14,015 bases of DNA from NCBI RefSeq assembly GCF_006345805.1, contig NW_021825985.1, positions 1 through 14,015 on the forward strand, read 5' to 3'. A model generated the notes under the pieces. The model searched no databases and was not told the DNA's origin. It saw nothing but the letters and a program-made list of their open reading frames with translations. How positions within the stretch are numbered: the stretch's first letter is position 1; every line of letters starts with the position of its first letter. The position numbers were made by a program, and so were the translations under genes. Of the stretch, positions 9,310 through 14,015 are shown in pieces. Source of the DNA: Octopus sinensis. Lineage: Eukaryota.

Positions 9310-10236
9310 TATTGTGTTGTCGGACAAAGCCATTCGTTTTCTTCCCATGTTATTTGGATTAACACGAAACATATTTTTACCGTAGTGCTTTATGTTTTTC
9401 TCCTTTCTTTTGCTGCTCTAACCTTCCTCTACAATTTTAGCTTATCGCTTTTGAAATTCGAATAAATTCTGCTTCTTTTCAGATATATCACGGAATGCCT
9501 AGTGAAAAAAAAATGTGCTTTATCGACGACTTCTTCTCTTCACTTTTAATCAAGGATCCAAGGCTGCCAGAGTTGGCAAGGCTGCTCGAAACATTTATAT
9601 TGTGTATGGAGAAAGCACTGTCGCCAAAAAGAACTGCACAGAAATGGTTTCACGCTTCAAAGAGGGAAAATTCGACCTTACATACTCTACGCGTTCCAGC
9701 CGACCTGTTCAATGAAGATCGATTGAACGAGCTCATACACGAGTTCCAAACCAGTCCACCAGGGAATTAGCTGAGCAGATGGGATGCTCTCATGATACTA
9801 ACGTCCGTCTCTTCGCCCGATGGGTAATCCAGCTGAAACGACCTGGCTGGCGACACGGTGTGCTTCTTCAATATGACAATGTTAACCACTTCTTTGCAAA
9901 TTTAGCCAAAAAGCTACTCAGTTCTACCGCATCCGCTGTATTCTCCTGATACAGCGCTTTTAGATTGTCAACTTTTTCGGTCTCTCAGCCGAATGCGTGG
10001 TGTTTTGTTGAACAATAACATGGAGCTGAAAACGTGGCTCGATTAGTTCTTCAAACCAAGGTCCGGTAATTTCAAAGCATTCACAAGTGGAATGTTAGAA
10101 GTAGTGAACAATGTAAGGGAATATTTTATTGACTGATTTGTTAGAAATATTGATGACAAATAAGGATTGAAATAAAAGGTAAAAAAAACAAGAAAAACAT
10201 AAGAAAAACAAAACGAATTTATCTCACATAACCGTA
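9310..10236 (+). mobile_element. Mariner (Tc1/mariner, D,D34D type) DNA transposon relic with an internal deletion
   Basis: N-terminus: RRLLLFTFNQGSKAA..AARNI..VYGE...RFKEGKFDL...RSSRP/FNEDRLNELIHE/STRELAEQMGCSH. C-terminus: KRPGWRHGVLLQYDN and VLPHPLYSPDTALLDCQLFRSL...ELKTWLD*FF/EVVNNVREYFID* (stop 10134-10136). Degenerate TIRs (TA-ttgtgttgtcggacaaagccattcgtttt versus aaaacgaatttatctcacataaccg-TA). The WVPHEL and first catalytic Asp region is missing. Confidence 0.92.
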
Positions 10237-10325
10237 CACATATACACAAACATACAAATACACGCACACGCACACGCAGACAGCACTCAATGCACATGAA
10301 CACACACATAAAGATACACACACAC

Positions 10326-10364
<39 letters not shown>
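10237..10364. repeat. (CA)n-rich compound microsatellite
   Basis: Directly visible. Confidence 0.9.
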
Positions 10365-10365
<1 letters not shown>

Positions 10366-10519
10366 GTAGCTGTGTGGTAAGTAGCTTGCTTACCAACCAC
10401 ACAGTTCCGGGTTTAGTCCCACTGCGTGGCACCTTGGGCAAATGTCTTCTACTATAGCCTCGGGCCAACCAAAGCCTTGTGAGTGGATTTGGTAGACGGA
10501 AACTGAAAGAAGCCCGTCG

Positions 10520-10558
<39 letters not shown>

Positions 10559-10822
10559 ATGTGTGTGTGTGTGTGTGTGTGTGCGTGTGTATGTGTGTGT
10601 GTGCGTATATATGATATGTTTGTGTGGTTTGTGTATGTCCCACTAGCATCGCTTCACAACTGATGTTGGTGTGTTTACTTCCCCGTAACATAGCGGTTCG
10701 GCAAAACAGATCGATAGAATAAGTACTACACTTACAAAGAATAAGTCCTGGGGACGTTTTGTTCGACTAAAGGTGGTACCCCAGCATGGTCGCAGTCAAA
10801 TGACTGAAAAAAATAAAAGAAT
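10365..10822 (+). mobile_element. Full-length tRNA-derived SINE (family A) with an internal (TA)n(TG)n microsatellite
   Basis: A-box-like tagctgtgtgg and B-box-like gggtttagtccc; body to gaagcccgtcg (10519); microsatellite 10520-10615; tail to aaataaaagaat, followed by (TA)n. Confidence 0.92.
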
Positions 10823-10849
10823 ATATATATATATATATATATATTATGG

Positions 10850-11114
10850 TATGGAGAGGATAAAAATCCAGTCTACATATGTTTCATAGCTAGCGAAACC
10901 TCGGGAGTAGCAAATTATCTAATCGTTGGGTAGATTGTCATTAGATCTTGTGTTAACTAGTTGGGGATTCGACAATGTAAACTTCATATAATCAAGGTAT
11001 CATTCGCCTAAAGAGTAGCTTGCAACCTACCCCTCATTTGGATAATTTACTACTTCCAATGTTTCGCTAGCTATACAAAATATGTAGACTGGGTTTTATC
11101 TATTACTCTATTCC
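10850..11114. mobile_element. MITE-like foldback element with about 75-bp imperfect terminal inverted repeats
   Basis: 10859-10933 (gataaaaatccagtctacatat...atagctagcgaaac...gagtagcaaattatct...gggtag) pairs with 11027-11100 at roughly 80% identity by eye. No clean TSD is seen. Confidence 0.7.
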
Positions 11115-11332
11115 CTAATTTTTCGATGTTTACTCGCACCTACGAGAACCCCTGTAGCTAACCGCGAACTATAAAATTAACTTTTTTTCCAGCTTATCGG
11201 ACTTCGATACGGGAGAAATTCTCAACTTCTTGCGCCAATAAACCTTTATTGTTCTTGAAAGTTGTTTTTGATATCTTCTCCGGATAGCTTGAAGCTTACT
11301 AACTTCCTACACTTCGATTCTTGATCCTACCT

Positions 11333-11346
11333 TGTGTGTGTGTGTG

Positions 11347-11397
<51 letters not shown>

Positions 11398-11482
11398 ATA
11401 TATATATATTGTATGTATGTATAAGTATGTATGTATTATATATGTATATAATATATCTATATATGTATGTATGTATATGTAT
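11333..11482. repeat. Compound (TG)/(TA)/(GTAT) microsatellite
   Basis: Directly visible. Confidence 0.95.
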
Positions 11483-11549
11483 ATATTCTTTTTTCTTTTC
11501 TTTTACTTGTTTCAGTCATTTGGCTGCGGCCATGCTGGAGCACTGCCTT
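11483..11549 (-). mobile_element. Short 3' tail fragment of SINE family A
   Basis: Reverse complement aaggcagtgctccagcatggccgcagccaaatgactgaaacaagtaaaagaaaagaaaaaagaat matches the family A tail. Confidence 0.85.
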
Positions 11550-11659
11550 ATATATAATATATTAATATATATATGACTTGACATCTAAACAAGCATTAAT
11601 ATATATAATATCTATACAGCCTTGGTTTTTTTGTTATCTTATTACGCAAAAAATTCTTA

Positions 11660-11825
11660 TATATATAATGTGTGTGTGTGTGTGTGTTTGCGTGTATGCA
11701 TTTATACATACATATGCATGTATATATGTTTCTATGTATATATACGCACACATACATGCACATATAAGCGCGTGCGCAACACACAAACGCGCGCGCGCAC
11801 GTACACAAAGAAACGCGCGCGCCTA
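11660..11825. repeat. Mixed (TG)/(CATA)/(CA)/(CG) low-complexity tract
   Basis: Directly visible; includes gcgcgcgcgc runs. Confidence 0.8.
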
Positions 11826-11865
11826 CATATGAAGCTGCGTACAAATGGATAAGCTAGCTATCTGG

Positions 11866-12099
11866 CAAGACAGACAAACAGGCAGACAGACATGCAGGCA
11901 GACAAACAGGCAGACAGACATGCAGACAGACAGACAGACATGCAGACAGACAGGCAGACAGACAAACAGGCAGACAGACAGACAGACATGCAGACAGACA
12001 AACAGACAGACATGCAGACAGACAGACATGCAGACAGACATGCAGACAGACAAACAGACAAACAGAAAGACAGTCTGACAGACAGACAGATAATCGATC

Positions 12100-12145
<46 letters not shown>

Positions 12146-12150
12146 CAGAC
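11866..12150. repeat. (GACA)n variant tetranucleotide array followed by (GATA)n
   Basis: In-phase caga/catg/cagg/caaa tetramers at about 11866-12090; (GATA)n at about 12098-12144. Confidence 0.97.
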
Positions 12151-13384
12151 ATGACTGACAGAGAGGTAGATTGATATGCATGCAGGCAGGCAGGCACATA
12201 ACACGGTGGATTGTCGGATATGCAAGACTTCCTTATATGGAATACGATGAAAGCATGTGTAAGATCGCTAACGCTGTTTTCAGTCAAAACAAATATTTAG
12301 GAAAATGTCAACTCAAATATATCTTGCCGCTACTTATTGGTGGTGGCCACCAAACGAATAAAGACTTCATCTTCATCAAGATGGTTTTTGTAGTCTATAA
12401 TTTGTTGTATGTGTTTAGTTTTCCGTTTACTCTTTTACTTGTAACAAAGTGTACTCTCACCCCCCCCGTCTCTCCCTTTTTCTCACTATATATATTGACA
12501 GGCATCCATTCATACATACTGTTTGTCAGTGCGTGTGTCTGTATTGGGGAAACTATGTATACAGAAACTATGTGAATATATAAGTTATTTGGGGCTGGGG
12601 TACATACGCCGCCTCTATCTATGTATGTATATATGAGTGTGCACAAATTCAAGAAACAACGTGCCTGTGTCTACGTATGTTTTTGCGCATGTCTGCACGG
12701 TATAGCATGAATATATTTTGTAAACACCAGTGCATGCAATTTCTATCTACCGGTGTCTGCCAGTCTGTTTTGTGTGCATGCGTGTCTCAGTCTTCGTGCA
12801 AGTGTGTGTTTACGCGCGCCCATGTGTGTGTGTGTGCTAGTGTTTACAGGGTGTTTGTTTTAGTATTTCTGTGCGTTTGAATTAATTCAATTCTATGTAT
12901 TTCAAGTGTGCGTGCGCATGAAAAGACGAATTGCATGCGAGTGCGTATCTGTACATGCTCGTGTGTCTGTGTGTATGTGAACCATGTGTCTTCGTGCATC
13001 TGAGTATACTGTTTGTGGCTGTGCATCTGCAAACATTGTGTACGTGTGTTTGTTCCAGTAACTTAGAAACTCCATTCGTTCTACGTGCACATGTTAGTGC
13101 GTGTTCGTACGAATATGAAAGTAGCGGCGTGTTTACAACGTGCATTCGCGTTTTGCATGTATTTTGTCGTGCATATTTGACCCGACTGTTCATGTATGTC
13201 TGACAGTGACCAATATGTGTGGCTGCAAGTATTCTTTACTTATATAATTAGCTACAACTAAAAAGTTGTTTTAAATATAAGACCCGGTATATTATCTATA
13301 TCTATATATATCTATATATAATTATGACCAATGAGAAATGGGGTAACTGGGTGAAATTCAGTGTTACCACCCAAATAAAAATAT

Positions 13385-13660
13385 TATATATGTGTGTGTA
13401 TGTGTGTATGTATGTGTGTGTGTGTATATATATGTATGTGTGCGTGTGTGTGTATGTTTATATATATATATATAGGGAGAGTTCAAGAAAAAAACAAAAA
13501 CAAAGGTGGCTAGACGTAAGCGTATATCTATGTGTATTTAATGTATTACACACACACACACACACACACACTTACGCACACACACACACATACACTCACG
13601 TACACACGTACACACTCACTCACGCAGACACACACACACATAATGTGTTTATATATAAGC
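13385..13660. repeat. Compound (TG)/(TA) and (CA) microsatellites
   Basis: Directly visible tracts at about 13385-13473 and 13547-13640. Confidence 0.9.
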
Positions 13661-13924
13661 ATATATACATGCCATATTTCTGGAAATGTACACGTGTACA
13701 TGCGTTACGAATGAGTTGATATGTCAATTTCAGTTTATATAAGCATACATGTTTACGTTTCTGCACATGTATTCATATATAACTACATGTATATATGCGT
13801 GACAAATATGTGTGTGTGTGTATATATATATCTATATATATATACACACACATAAGATATATTCATATTATTTGATCTTGTAAGTTTGTGTTGTTTGTTA
13901 CATGCGACATTATTGTACGCAATA

Positions 13925-14015
13925 CATGTATGTATGTATATATGTATGCATGTATGTATGCATGTATGTATGTATGTATGTATGTATGTATGTATGTATG
14001 TATGTATGTATGTAT
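13925..14015. repeat. (GTAT)n microsatellite running off the window end
   Basis: Directly visible, with gcat variants. Confidence 0.97.

Noticed and set aside
9495-9770. 91-aa ORF with ATG inside the mariner
   Set aside because: Mostly out of frame with the transposase, joining it only near the end (FNEDRLNELIHE). A frameshift product.
11823-12287. Several 70-154-aa ORFs (CLSV/QTDR repeats)
   Set aside because: Translations of the (GACA)n/(GATA)n array.
12171-12575. 134-aa plus-strand ORF with a hydrophobic C-terminal half
   Set aside because: No recognisable domain; the hydrophobicity follows T-rich composition and the start lies in a repeat edge.

Overview
AT-rich eukaryotic non-coding DNA, either intergenic or intronic, saturated with (TA)n, (CA)n, (GACA)n, (GATA)n and (GTAT)n microsatellites and decayed transposable elements. 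The microsatellite density and the tRNA-derived SINE sequences look like an octopus (coleoid cephalopod) genome; this is an inference from recalled repeat families, not a database result. No intact host gene is supportable, and most ORFs in the track are microsatellite artefacts. Two recognisable protein relics are present: a frameshifted Ty3/Gypsy pol (RT end, RNase H, integrase; 7674-8950, minus strand) and an internally deleted mariner transposase with degenerate TIRs (9310-10236, plus strand). The window also holds at least eight SINE copies or fragments from several families, a MITE-like foldback (about 10850-11114) and a probable Helitron 3'-end/5'-end junction (about 5482-5782). The most unusual structure is a recurring set of near-perfect fold-back palindromes centred on (TA)n (2474-2549, 4231-4294, plus (TG)n(TA)n(CA)n mirrors). 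Also notable are a perfect 26-bp hairpin (7043-7116) and a 94% identical inverted pair of SINE tails 2 kb apart. I cannot confirm a new biological system from sequence alone.
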